Below are positions 50,301 through 63,013 of a stretch of 64,000 bases of DNA, piece after piece. How positions within the stretch are numbered: position 1 is the first letter of the stretch; every line of letters starts with the position of its first letter. The stretch spans positions 248,001-312,000 of the forward strand of contig VJWM01000204.1 in the NCBI GenBank assembly GCA_010909165.1, written 5' to 3'. The position numbers and the translations under genes were made by a program. Under the pieces are notes generated by a model that was given only the letters and a program-made list of their open reading frames with translations, did not search any database and was not told the DNA's origin. Source of the DNA: Anthoceros angustus (Eukaryota > Plantae > Anthocerotophyta).

Positions 50301-51944
50301 GATTTTCGCAGATCCTCCGCACATGTTGCCGACGTTCATGTTCCAGATGTTCGGCCTGATCCTCAGAGCTATAAGGAAGCACTTGAGGGACCTGATGGCA
50401 AGCATTGGCGAATTTCTATTAATGACGAGTACAACTCCCTTGTAAAGAACAACACTTGGGAGTTGATAGACCTGCCACCTGGTAGGAAACCCATCACGTG
50501 TAAGTGGGTTTTCAAGACGAAATTAAAGGGAGATGGCACCATAGCAAGATACAAATCACGCTTAGTAGCCCGAGGTTTTTCACAGATACCTGGCATTGAT
50601 TATGGAGACACGTTTTCGCCTATCGTGAAGCCGCCTTCTGTTAGGATTTTACTTGCTATGGCTGCCCAATTTGATCTCGAATTGCATCAGATGGATGTGT
50701 GTACGGCCTTTCTTCACGGTGAGCTTGAAGAAGTTTTGTACATGGTCCAGCCTGAAGGGTTCGTCGACAAGCAGTTTCCTGACAAGGTCTGTAAATTGTT
50801 AAAGACGATTTATGGGCTCAAGCAGAGCCCTCGTGCATGGTATAAAAGGATCATGAAATTTCTCAAGAAGCACGGCTTTGTACAGTCCCCAGCAGATTCC
50901 AATGTTTTTTACCTTGCTTCTGATGGCTTCTTCGTCATTCTGGCACTTTATGTTGATGATGCGATCTTGTTGAGTAATCACCCTGATCAGATGGACAAAG
51001 TCAAAGTTCTCCTCCGATCGGAGTTTGAGATGACAGATCAGGGTCCCCTTGCCTTCTGTCTCGGCATCTAGATTCTACGAGACAGGGCACAAGGCACCAT
51101 GATTCTGCATCAGACAAAGTACATCAAAGAGATTTTGAAGCGATTCCATCTTGACTCTGCGAAGTCCGTGTCTACACCAACTGCAGTGGGGGAAAAGCTG
51201 ACCTGTGAGCAGTCTCCGCAAGATGCTGTTGATGAGGAGTCAATGGCTGGAGTTCCGTATGCTGAGGCTGTAGGGTGCTTAATTTTTCTTGCCAATTGGA
51301 CACGTCCTGACATTAGCTACTCTGTCAGCATTGTGTCACAATTCTTGAAGGCACCTGGACGAGTACACTGGGGTGCTGTTAAGCGTATCTATCGTTATCT
51401 ACGAGGCACTCTGCAGTATGGTTTACATTACACCAGGACCAGTGAGAGGGAGCTTACCTTATCTGCTTTTTCTGATGCCGACTGGGCATCTGATGCAAAC
51501 ACAAGGAAGAGTCTCTCTGCACATGTCTTTCTACTTGCTCAAGGTGCTGTAAACTGGTCTTGTAAGAAACAGACCTCGCTGGCCTTGTCTTCTACTGAAG
51601 CTGAGTATAAGGCCTTGACGGATGTGTGCAAGGAGTTAGAATGGGAGCGGCAATTTTTGGGTGCTGTGCACTTACCTCAGAAAGGGCCAACCCTGTTGTT
51701 ATGTGATAACTTGTCTGCTATCGCCTTGGTGTCCAATCCTCGCTTTCATGCGAGAACCAAACACATCGAGCTTTACCATCATTATATTCGCGATGTGGCT
51801 GAAAGAGGCATAGTCAAAGTGAAATACGTCAGCACTGATGACAATACTGCTGACATTCTTACAAAGGGCTTGAGCAAGCCAAAGCACTACAAGCACCTTT
51901 CAGCCTTGGGGCTGAGGGTGTTTACTATGCCTACTGCAGCCTAA
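47367..51944 (+). CDS. Copia gag-pol polyprotein (Gag, PR, IN, RT, RNase H) with one in-frame TAG at 51069-51071
   Basis: Zinc knuckle CNWCQVPGHWERDC, protease WFVDSGAT, WHARLGH, integrase RTDNGGEF/QNGVAERKN, RT LYVDD and RNase H FSDADWA. The two ORFs are in frame. Confidence 0.96.
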
Positions 51945-52192
51945 GAAATACTTCACCAACCTATAGCAGCAGAATTGCCAGCTGACACGAACATGACATG
52001 TCCTCGCAGGGACTGCTTTACAGTCTACTTTGCTGGGTCCTCTGTGGACAGGGCATGTCCCCATGCTGTCTCTGTGCTGCATACAGGTTGAAGGAAGAAC
52101 ATGGCATGTTCAGTGGATGAAGCGTTCCTGCTACACCTAATCGTGAATATGACCAAAACACTGGAAAATTTTCTATGCGCAAGCTTACCAGG

Positions 52193-52759
52193 CTAGGACG
52201 GTGGTCTGTAGATGTAGCCCAGGAGCTCTAACTCTCTGATCACAGCTCTGCATTCAGCAGGAGTCAGGGGGTGCGCTAGGATGTCCTTGGGCTGCGACTG
52301 CTGCAACAGCGTTTCAAGTTCCATTGTCCTTTCTCTCGTAGAGTTCAGAACAGTCTTCAATTCGTCACACTTCTCCAGCGTTTTATGGAGATGCCACAAG
52401 AGGTTGCGCTTAGTCTGACTAGGCCACCAGGAGCTAGGGCATGCAGGTTGAGCTGCGGCAGCGGGAGTACTCTGCTGGGCTGCTTCCCGTTGAGAGGGAG
52501 CCTTGGTCTTCTTCTTGCTGTCGTGGTGCTCCAGCTTGGCTCTGGATTGGTGAGTCGCTAGGTCGCTGTCCTCCTCGTCTGTGCTGTACCGAGAAGCCTC
52601 CTTTAGCTCAGGTGGAGATCGTGATCTCTTCCTCCTGGGGAATCCACAGTTCTTGAGGCGAGCCATCGTGCTCTCTACCACTATCACCACGAAGATGGTT
52701 AGGGCGATGATCGCCTTCAGCTCCATAAGTAGGCACCACGTCGCAGGCGTGGCTTCCAT
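52193..52759 (-). CDS. Antisense ORF between pol and the 3' LTR, 188 aa, unknown function
   Basis: Uninterrupted ATG ORF with a hydrophobic stretch (AIIALTIFVVIVV), basic RRKRSR and KKKTK motifs and a C-terminal coiled-coil-like segment. Confidence 0.55.
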   Translation of the reverse strand: MEATPATWCLLMELKAIIALTIFVVIVVESTMARLKNCGFPRRKRSRSPPELKEASRYSTDEEDSDLATHQSRAKLEHHDSKKKTKAPSQREAAQQSTPAAAAQPACPSSWWPSQTKRNLLWHLHKTLEKCDELKTVLNSTRERTMELETLLQQSQPKDILAHPLTPAECRAVIRELELLGYIYRPPS

Positions 52760-52885
52760 GATGCATACAGAGGTATACGAAGAGACTGCCGCGAGGAGCT
52801 TGCTTTGCGCCTGAATGTTGTGTTCGCACAGCCCGTTTTTATTAGATGCTCTGCTGTTTAACCCTACGGACGGGTTAAGAGGGAG

Positions 52886-53067
52886 TGTTAGTAAATAGGG
52901 TTTTTACCCCGCCCTTGGGTTAAATAATTTAGGGTAATATACCTTTTCGTAACTTAGGGTTACACAGATAATTTTGTATATAAACACAAATTGCCTTTGA
53001 TTTAATTCATTCATCATTTGTGCACTTGTATGTTCTGAGTAGAATAGCTTCCGCTTATTTATTTACA
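52886..53067 (+). repeat. 3' LTR (182 bp)
   Basis: Matches the 5' LTR and is followed by CCAAC. Confidence 0.97.
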
Positions 53068-53999
53068 CCAACTCCCCCTTTCTCACATCCCCCAACCACT
53101 CCATTCGCAGGGCCCTTAAATTAAGATACCTTCGCCTCACCTGGTCCCCTCTTTCCCTTTCCCCCCTCTCACTTCTAGACTCCGCTTTTACAAAGACGAG
53201 CTCCAGTTAATCCTCCTCCGTAAATTTTCACCGCCTGCCACCTCGCCTTTCCTTCAAACTCCGACACTCATAGGTCAATTTCGTGTTAGCTCCCACCACC
53301 TCCCGGATTGAGACCGACTGGCTGCCGTGTGGAGGTGGATTCGTGTCCGGGGACACCGTGAGGTCCACATTCGCCTCAATGTCAAGTAGGCTTAGGATTC
53401 GCTCCCAAGGGAATGGTTTGTGCCAAGAGACGCTAACTTCTATCGCCATCGACCTTCACCTAAGTCAAGACTTACTTGCTATTACTCCTCTTACCTATCT
53501 ACTCAACCACTACTACCCCCCGACTTGTCTAGCTACCACAGCTCTTATTCCACGACCGCAAATCTTATTCCACGACGGTGGCTCTCCGGGTAGTTGCTTC
53601 GACCACCGAGGTGGGTCCCACACCCAAACCCTAGCGACTTATTTCCGGCGCGCGGATCTCGCCACGGCCCATCACAGGCACGGATCCGCTTTATTCTCGA
53701 CTCCACACTTCATGCACACACACACACCGATTCCTAGGGACCTAAATTCCACAAATCCCTCACCGCTCCACACACACACAAAGGCGCCACACATTATTAA
53801 CTACAAGGGAACGTTCTCAGACTTTCCACCAGCAAGACCGATTTGGTTTCTTTTGATTCACAAATCTCCACCGCTAGCCTCTCAATTAGTTCCCTTCTCA
53901 ACCCCTCTCACACCTCGCATCGTCTGATTGTTAGTCACTCCTTCACCCAATCTTCTCCTCTCTCTCTCTCCCTCAAGCTTGAGCTTCAATCCACTCAAC

Positions 54000-56850
54000 A
54001 CTTCTCTCAATTGAACACAACTAGGGGACAAGTGTGAAGGAAAGAAGAACCCCAGGCGTCACGCGTTACGAGCAAGCTCCGGACCCGCGCCAATCCCTTG
54101 GTTTCCTCCTCCTTTGTCAGCAAGATTGCTTTATCACCCCTCCTCCCCCAGCTGCGGAGCAAGCTCTCGACCACCCCTAGGAGCGTCTCGCGCACACCAC
54201 CTCTGTCAATCGGACGTCTCCAACCAGCCACAGGCAGCGTGGGGATCTCAACGGGAATTATCGGCGTGAGGGACCTAATTCGCCCCTCTTATACATCGGT
54301 GGGGCACCACCCCCGGATTTTAGGTCCTAAGATGGCTATCGCGAAGGGCCCCACTGGTCGGGCGATCCTAGGTCGGTCTGACATCCTAACCAAATTATCT
54401 TTAGGTTGCTACCACCTCGACCTCTTCTCTGCGCGCCCTACCTCGACTTGGCGGCCTCGTCCTCCATTGCCGCCGCCACGAGCTCTCACCTTGCACGCTG
54501 GTCGGACGGGTTCTCCCACACTACTTCCACCTCACCACCGCTGGACGCCCGAATTTGAGGTGTACCACGCAGGGCTTCGCATCTTCGGCCTATTCGAGGA
54601 TTATTCGGCTCCTCGTCCACCCAAGCTGGACCTCCTCCTCGCTCAACTCCTCCAAAGTCGCCTCCGTGATAATAGGGAGCCAACCCCACACCGGGTGGTA
54701 GAAGTATGCACGGGTCCTCACTTGCGATAGGTAGGCCACGATCCCTCCTATTTCCACACGCACATGGGCGGTGAGGTTAAGCACGCGTTCTCCATTCACA
54801 TATAGACCGGGCACATAAGTTTCCTCATCCATGTGCCGTAATATAATAGGACCCCTGCTGCGGTGAGGTGCTTACCCCCTCCTCCGTAGGCTACACAGTT
54901 GCACAGCCTATGTCCTCGCGAGGCGCCACGTCGCACATCGCCCGCCCCCACCTTGGGTTGGTTGCGCCAATGTCGGTGGCGGTTTCGACTACGGTAGTGG
55001 ACTCCACGGCCGTCGTTCGACAACGCGGTAGGTGAGGTTTCGCCACCTCGCCGCCTTCCGCCGGTAGGTCCTTCCGCTACTCGATCGTGGTCACGCTACC
55101 CCTTCCCCTTCCCTTTGTCTTTTCTCGCCCGCCACGTGCCTCATCCCGCCTCATATATCGCCTCCGCTAGCTTATGGGCCTTTTCCAGGCCGCTTCACGC
55201 TCTGGGCTCGCAACAACTCCCCAGCATCTCTGGTTCGTCTCGTGGGCATCCTTAATTTGAGCCATGAGTGCTTCCTGCGCTCGTCATGGCTTGCAACTTC
55301 TCACAGGCCTGCACAAATCTTCTTGAATCTTGGCCCTTATTTCCTCTAGGTTCCGCTTGTCTTCCTCCGGTTGCTTGCGCTTGGCCTCCTTCACAAACCC
55401 GGCCTTCACCACTTCCTCCGCCGCCCCGCACATCGAGCCGTGAGAGCTAAAGCCGCTTGATCCAACAACCTTGGGCCCGGATCATCGACGTGGTCACCGC
55501 AAGTCCACTTGTTGTGGCCCGGCCGACGCCATCCCTCCGTCGAGAACTTTCCTCCCCAGGTGCGCACCCTCACCAATTCGGTTGCATCCACCTCTGTTGC
55601 GGTGGAGTCCCCTTGAAAATCTCTTCCCATGCCGAGGAGGGTCCGCCTCGAGGTCGCCCTAAACCCTCCGGAGTTGATTCATCATCCGCATCCGTGTCAA
55701 AAATTGTCCTCGGATCGCGCCTCCTCTTCGCCACCTCAACCGCCGCTTTCATTTTCAGAGCGCCTGCTGACTGGTGACGCATCCGCCTCACCTTTTCGAT
55801 GCCCGCCTTCACCCCGGTCTTCCTCCTTTTCTTTGGTGGGAATTTCCTTCTCCTCCTCCGAAGCCTGCCGCCACCGACTCCCGCTATCCGATTTTTCCTC
55901 CTTGGGCTCCTCCGCCTTCCATTTCACCTCCCTAACCGGCTTCCACATGTGGAGGGAGGCTACAATCTCCACCTCAGCGGGGCAGTTAGCGTAAACATAA
56001 AGATGGACGAAATGGTGAGATTAGAGAGGGAGGCGAGAGAAATCAAGTTCAACCTCTCTTCACACAACTTGTCAAGAGAATTCGCCTCAATCGATCTTCG
56101 CCCTTGACCACTTCATGAAGGAGCGGCGGCAAGTGGTCGGACAAATAATCACACTTCTTGTCTGCGAAACATAGGAGCCACTGGCGGACCCATCAAGCTG
56201 CGTTGCCAAATCCCTCGTCAACCGGCCGTTGGGTTCAGTCGCCCGCTTTAACGGGCTGCTGCTTCTTGCCGTGCTTCTTTTCTGGGCGGCTCCATCACCA
56301 ACCGCCGCCTCCTCCTTGGGCTCCTCCGCCCATACACCCTCTAACGACTCCGGTCCCAATCCTGCGGCCGCTCTAAATCCCCTTTGGTGTCCTTGGGTGG
56401 CGCACACTCCTGCACAGTCCAGTTTGTAATTCCACCGCTCTTCCATGAAACCCGGCTTGACTCCTTCACGACTCCCAGCTCGAACTTTCCAATGATCCAT
56501 GTTCGGCCATTGGGCAAGCACAATTTGGTGGTGACCTTGGGCGCCATCCCTCTCACGGTCTTCCCGGTCTCGCGCCAGCGCCACCTCGCTGCGAATTTCA
56601 CGGAGTCGGTCTCGGGGTTCCTACCTCCTCGGCAAGGGCGCGCTGTCATCGCGCCTTCCTCCTCTGCGTCGCGCCTCGCGATGTCGGCGGGTTGAGCTCC
56701 TTCCCGTCGTTGCGCCTCGCGCCTCCTGCGATCACGGTGCCCCGGACCACGGCTCCTCGACTTATCGCCGTCGTCGCTCCGCTCGCTCCCGTCCGGCCGC
56801 CGTTGCGCTCCGTTGTTTGAGCAGGATTCATCATTCCTAGGGTTAAGTTT
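54000..56850 (-). pseudogene. Degenerate unidentified coding-like region inside the 12.7-kb insertion
   Basis: Purine-rich minus strand with successive charged ORF fragments (56087..56584, 55736..55972, 54590..54832); no motif recognised. Confidence 0.3.
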
Positions 56851-57189
56851 CCCGGGTTCCCCTACTCTGTTAAACCTCTGCTTCCACATCCCAATCCACA
56901 ACCCCACACTCATTCGCTCGCGTCGGTCGACCCCAACTTATAGACCTATCACTCTAATTATTCCAAACCCCCTATCTCACATATATAGACTTTTTAGGGA
57001 ACATTCCGAGTCCATGGGCCAAGGAACACCAAATTCCGGACCATTTATTTTCTAACTTAAAAATCAAAACAAGAAAAGAATCCATAGGCCAAGGGCATTT
57101 CTTCTATAAATACCGCCTACTACCAACCCGACTTATTTTCACACCACGGATCCCAAAAACAAAACACTTCCCGCACGTCCGCTGGATCC

Positions 57190-57480
57190 GCGCCACCGCC
57201 GGTGGGCCTACGATAGGTGGTGCGTGGAGGAGGGCGCCGGCCGGCGCACAGACTGTCGCGCCCCACCCGTCGGTGGGCCTACGATAGGTGGTGCGTGGAG
57301 GGCGCCGGCCGGCGCACTCTGTGGCGCTCACCGTCCATACTGGTGGTGGTGCGAGGGCGGTGCCGCCGGCCGCGCCATCCTCCGCGCACCACCCGAAACC
57401 CCGACAGTGGTGCGCGGATAGGAGGGCGCCGCCGCCGCCTCCTCCGCGTGCCCATTGTGGCCCTCCCTTCCACGCACCCC
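57190..57480. repeat. GC-rich repeat (GGTGGGCCTACGATAGGTGGTGCGTGGAG..GGCGCCGGCCGGCGCAC x2 plus variants)
   Basis: Read directly; the reverse complement resembles the array at 7020-7372. Confidence 0.8.
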
Positions 57481-59272
57481 CTGTACGTGGCACTTCCATC
57501 GAAAATTCAGTAAGCTAACCTTATGAGCAACCTTGGAATGAAGGCTAACCTTAGAAGCAAATGCCGTGTGAAATCGAGCCAGCATTTGGTCGGTCGAGTG
57601 TAGAGGGTACTCCTCCCGGAAACATCTGTATGCGGTGGACAAAAAAGCGATAAGGGATAAGCTCATGAGTTGCGTGGCTTAATACAACTCCGCGAGTCAA
57701 AGTGCATCAAGATAATGATGACAATGGAGGAGAAGCTGGACCAAGTGATGATTTAAGGATTGAACTCGGGATGAGTGAAACTCAATCGTTTTTTTTCCGG
57801 GTCCCGAGTTAATGTTGTAAGTCAAGGTTGATGTTATCGTGTTAGGGAAATACCGTCTGTGGCTTTTGTGGTGTCATAATAAAACCACATTTTCCTCCCA
57901 AAGCGAGTTTTACTAGTCCCTTCCCGGCAGAACGGCTTTCTCGCCGCTCCTACTTTGCATTATTCCCGAGGTTCGAGCCATGACCACCATTCGGCTACAA
58001 ACATTGCCGGATGGAAAGTAGTAACTTTATCGGTGACACCCTTTTTTCGAGTCGTTGCAATGCCTTCAAAACGCTGTTTTAGGGCCCCCTTCAGAGATTA
58101 TTTGCGGAAAACCCCCTTCGAGATTATTCACCCCCTTCAAAAATTATCATGTTTGTTGTTTTGATGTTCCGTGTTCCAACTCTTAGTACAACGAGTAAGA
58201 TGGTCCGTTTTCCTTTGAGGAATATTAAAGTATCTTCGTAAGGACTCTCTACAGTTCTACTCCCAATTGAGGTGGGTGCTAGAGTTGATTAGCTTAAAAT
58301 GCTCGACGTTGTTGGGGCTATCTCCTCTTCATGTCGACATGGGCTCAACGTTGTTGAGGCTATCTGCTCTTCATGTCGACATGCGCTTAGTGTTGTTGGG
58401 GCTATCTGCTCTTCATGTCGAGTGCATTGTTTTGATATTCCAATGTTCCAACTCTTAGTACAATTTGTAAGGTGGTCTATTTTCCTTGAGAATCTTCAAA
58501 AGTACCTTTAGTACGGACTCTCTATATTTCTACTCCTTATTTCCCTATTCAGGTGGGTACTAGACCTTGATTAGCTTAAAATATAACGAGCGTCCAGATT
58601 CTTAATTGATTCACCATAACAGATGGGTGATGGATTTGCAGTCCAAACGGCTAAGAATAAATGGACACACATTTATTCATAAGAACCTAGTTGTTAAGAC
58701 CTTGTGCGCTCCCATTGGTACTTTGGGTAGTTAGAAAAAGTGGATGCCCTACTATAGTACCTTGGCACACCATATAGTACAAGTTGTGCGAAGGACCAAG
58801 TTGCATGATACCAAAATTCCATCCACTGAACTATAATAAGTAGAAAGCTTGACTTGAAAGCATTCAGAGTAGTTACTGCGCTGGTTGCTTTAGACTTGTT
58901 TCTCGTCCAAGCTACATAGCTACATAATGTGCTAAAGGACGTGTGATGACTCGTTTCTCTGCAATAGCAAAGGTCAGAGTTACAATTAGACCCAGCAAGT
59001 ATCTTCTGCGAAGCTTCGTCTTCCATTTCCTGGGGCTATCCCTCTGTGCACAGACCTGCAGACACGAACATGGTTGCAACTTCCACACCAGCGCGCTTGG
59101 CAGCAATAAAGAGAGACTACCTCCTCGCCTGCCTTCATCATCTCCACCCATCAACATCGTGCTTGCAAACTTGTAGCTGCGGTCGGTTGCGTTCTCCCGT
59201 GAACGGCCCCCGTTCCCCCTCTTGCCCATATATACGAGCTCGTCACCCAGCGATACGTCTCATTGATCAGCA

Positions 59273-59954
59273 ATGGCGGGTGTGTCCAAGACAATCCAGT
59301 TTGTGGGTGCTGTGGCTGCGATCGCAGGGCTGGTGCTCGCCATTGCAGTCAGTGCCAGCGACCCCGACCCCCTGCAGGACTTCTGCGTCGCCGATTTGTC
59401 CAAGGGAGCGACCATCAACGGCTACCCCTGCAGGCCGGCCGACAACGTGACAGCAGAAGATTTCGCCTTCGCTAACCTGGGCAAGCAGGCCGACCTCACG
59501 GGCAACCCATTGAACGGCACCGCCACTTTCGGCTTCGTGGGCGACTGGCCTGCTCTCAACACGCTGGGCCTGTCGCTGGCGCGCCTGGACCTGGCGCCGG
59601 GTGGTGTCATTATGCCCCACACCCACAACCTGGCCACCGAGATTCTTTTCTGCCTCGAAGGGAGATCTACACCGGCTTCGTCACCAACAGCAACAAGCTG
59701 TACGCCAAGGTGGTGAAGAGGGCGAGGCCTTCATCTTCCCCAGAGGCTTGCTCCACTTCCAGCTCAATGTGGGCAAGACTCACGCCGCCAGCCTCAATGT
59801 GCTCAACGGCCAGAACCCGGGCATCCAGCTCATGCCACTCTCGCTGTTCGGGTCAGGAATCAAAACAGAGCTGCTGGCCAAGTCCTTCTTCATCAGCGGA
59901 AAGGAGGTGGAGCAATTGCACTCCATCTTCGCCCAGTTTGTGGATTCCTCCTAA
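59273..59954 (+). CDS. Germin-like protein copy 8 (subtype B); two -1 shifts in G runs
   Basis: ORFs 59273..59716 and 59601..59954; single-base losses at ~59660 and ~59720. Confidence 0.8.
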
Positions 59955-60672
59955 CTTTACCGCACATCGTTTCTAAAACTGTCCAGTAGTCCCTGCAGGC
60001 TTAGGGCCTGCCAGTACTGCTAGTCCATCGTCCTGAGTACTCATACATTATGTCCATGTCGTCGACGATGAATTTACATAGCTATGTACTGGCAGTTTCT
60101 GGCTTCAGAAACTTGTGAATAGACTGGGTACCACATCGATCTGGGCTGATCACCTTTCAAGTAATGTTGGACGACTGGAATGCGTTTCACACATGTGACT
60201 GGAATTCGAGGACTAGAATCCGTTTCTCACCATCAGGGCAACAAAATGTGTATGGCTAACAGTCATCTGGTGGAATAACGCTATTCCAGAGGACGATCTT
60301 GAGAAACACAGCTATGCAGATGGGTCATGGTGACCTACAACCTGGTGTTTGATTCATTCCTTTACGCTTCCAGATCTCTCAGAAATCAATACAGAAAGAC
60401 GGTACACCAAAGACATGGTTGTAGACAGAAGTTGAGATAACGCAAACAGCTCTCTAGTTGAACTTACGTTTGAAGACAAAAGTGAGCTACCTAGCTAGCC
60501 ATTGAGCTTGCTACATCTTTGCTGCAGCTTGCTCTTCAAAAGTGGGACGCTTTGGCTTTGGAGAAAGCTTCTCTCACAACCCATTCCCCCAAAACCGACT
60601 TGTAAACATCCAAACTTAGAAGACAGGAAGATGAAAGCAACGAGCAAACGGTTGGGGATAGAGTAGCCTCAC

Positions 60673-61758
60673 CGGTTTCTCATCTTGCGTCAGGTTTGAG
60701 TGTGCAACAGCTTCCAGTTCCCCTCTTCGGACACGGATAACTCGATAGGTGAAAGCATCCAGGTACGAGCGGCTTTTGGGCAAGGTAGCTTCTTCACCGA
60801 GATGTAATCTGCGTTTCAGTTTCCACAGTGGGTCCACGAATCGATCGCTGCAATTTCCGCTCGCTTGTTCAAATGCCCGAGCAAAGGGACATCCGGCAAA
60901 TGAGGTGACAGGCTTCCACATCCACCCCAAAGGCAACTTTACAGATGGAATCCAGGGTCAGCCAGGGTCAGGCGCAAGAACCTTAGGTCCTGGACACAAT
61001 GAAGTCAAAACCTGAAGGTTGAACCCTGACTCAGCCAAACGGCAAAATCCCTTTCAGTGCAGACAATCGGTGAGCATGTGGGTCCCCTGCATCTCGAGAG
61101 ATTTGTGGTCGAAGCAAGCGCAGGTGACCAAAGAGGCAAGAGCGAGCGCATCGCTTCGGTGCACAACTGAGCTGAAATCACGAAGGACCTTGGATGAAAA
61201 CTCGAAGCTGGCTGTCTTCCGTTGCTTCTTCCACATCTCCCCATCCGTATTGAAGATGCCATCTCCCAGCAAAGGTTCCATCATCGTGTGGAAGGCTTCC
61301 CGGGAAGGCCCTTGCATTGTAGTAGTGCCCCTGCCCATATGATGTTTTCATTGCCTATACAACGTAACGCACATACATGTTGAGTAGTCCCTCACAGCTG
61401 TTGCTGGCAGGTGGTGTGTAGCTTGGGGTAGTTGGGAAGTTGGTCTTGAGAATATGCTCACAGACGGCGGGATCAGCTGTAAACAGGTAGGTCTGGCCTC
61501 CCACGCGGGCTGAGAAGGTGAGGCTAGTTCCGGTGACCATGTAGTCTGTAACCCAGTCATACATCCTCTCAAAGTTGTAGTACATCTCAAACATTGAGCC
61601 AAAATGGGCCAACACTTGGGACCTGATGGCATCGATCCATCCTGCCGCCGCCTTTGCACGACAACCCACAGGATGGTGCAGAAGAGAAGCAACAGGGCAC
61701 TCAAAAACGCCACCCAGATCCCGGTTTGATCAGTCCTCCCTGCATTGTCGACTTCCAT
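60673..61758 (-). pseudogene. Truncated CYP704B-like pseudogene, inverted twin of 40311-41397
   Basis: Same splice-site lesions and the same truncation point. Confidence 0.88.
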
Positions 61759-63013
61759 GTTGCAGACCTTCTCGTGACACAAACCAGCTCAGTTATCCCT
61801 CGGCAGCAGCCCAATTCATCCCTCGAATGCAGACCAACTACCCGGAGCTGCAGCTTAAGTATCCCAGGGGCTCCAGTTCAACTCCTGCAGCTCACTTCTC
61901 ACCTTCCTAAGTTCCTAGCTCATCACCATCGCTGACCACGGTTGACGTCAGCATTCGGAATCTCTCTTTCATTATCTCTTTATATGTTCCATCTTTCGAC
62001 GTCTTCCTACAAGTAGAGATCTGTGTCCTTCCCTGGACAGCAAATCGTGTCCATTATTGCTCTTTACGGTCCCTTTTGCAGAAATTAAGCTAAGTTGCCA
62101 ACCACTTGACCAGGCCTGCCAACAAGGACACAGCTCCTGGCCACTCCAACTACACATGGTGCAGTGCCACACAACAGGCCCCACTTCGCAGACTGCATCC
62201 ATACATATGGATGCGACATACATACATATATGATGCGACATGCTCCAGCCGGCACCGGAGCAGCAGTGGAGACCAGGTGCTTCCTCCATGCCTTGCGAGA
62301 CAGGACCGAGTCCGGAATAAGAGCACCATAACCTGCTCACACCTGGTCTCGGAAGATTGCACAGCTCTCAGTTTGGTCGACTGCAGGCAATTCAAATATC
62401 CATGCATGTAAGTAATTATGATGTACTAATGGAACAAAAGATCCACGCGTGTTCTTGATTGAATCTCCAGCTACCTAACCTTCACGAGATGCTGCAAGTC
62501 CCTTGCGTTATTTCACCTGATGACTGTAAGCCACGCACATTTTGTTGCTCTGATGGTGAGAATCTCATGTGTAGTACGCATTCTTGAAGTTGTCGAACAT
62601 TTTTCTTGAAGGTGAAACAAGTATCTGCCCAGGTCAGTTTATTCGACACAAGTTTCTGAAACCAGAAACTGGCAGTACATAGCTATGTATACTGAGCATT
62701 CATGATGACATTGACATCATGTACGAGAACTGTGGGAGCATGGTTCATGCACAGCCGGTGCTTGATGCGTTGCCTCAAACAGATGTCGTCACCTGGCGTG
62801 CACTGATTGCTGGTTACAGCTGTCAAGGAGAGAGTAGTGCAGTGGTCTGTAAATTGCTTCGGAGCCGATGGCATGCGGCCAGTCAACATTACATTTCTCA
62901 GGGTACTACAGGTATTCTGAAGCCAGCAACTCCGGTACATAGCTATGAATTTCGGCAGGCCCTAAGCCTGCAGGGTCTACCCTGGACAGTTTCCGAAACG
63001 ATGTGCGGTAAAG

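Larger units (their letters stand above)
46104..53067 (+). mobile_element. Full-length Ty1/copia LTR retrotransposon
   Basis: TG...CA LTRs at 46104-46285 and 52886-53067; TSD CCAAC; PBS TGGTATCAGAGC (tRNA-iMet) at 46286; PPT AAGAGGGAG at 52877-52885. Confidence 0.98.
45610..53330 (+). mobile_element. LINE ORF2 C-terminal fragment, split by the copia element
   Basis: VIPFALYGAEIWG...KVERVQ...PILLSEF before the 5' LTR and IGQFRVSSHHLxIETDW after the 3' LTR. Confidence 0.72.
45440..58154. mobile_element. 12.7-kb composite insertion flanked by the 11-bp direct repeat GTTGTTTTGAT
   Basis: Repeat at 45429-45439 and 58155-58165; the empty site is visible in inverted orientation at ~37690-37760. 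Confidence 0.75.

Noticed and set aside
51069-51077. Programmed stop readthrough in copia pol (and at TGA 46731)
   Set aside because: The stop lies mid-RT and the contexts (TAG-ATT-CTA, TGA-CAA-GAG) do not match the CARYYA readthrough signal; C-to-T mutation is simpler.
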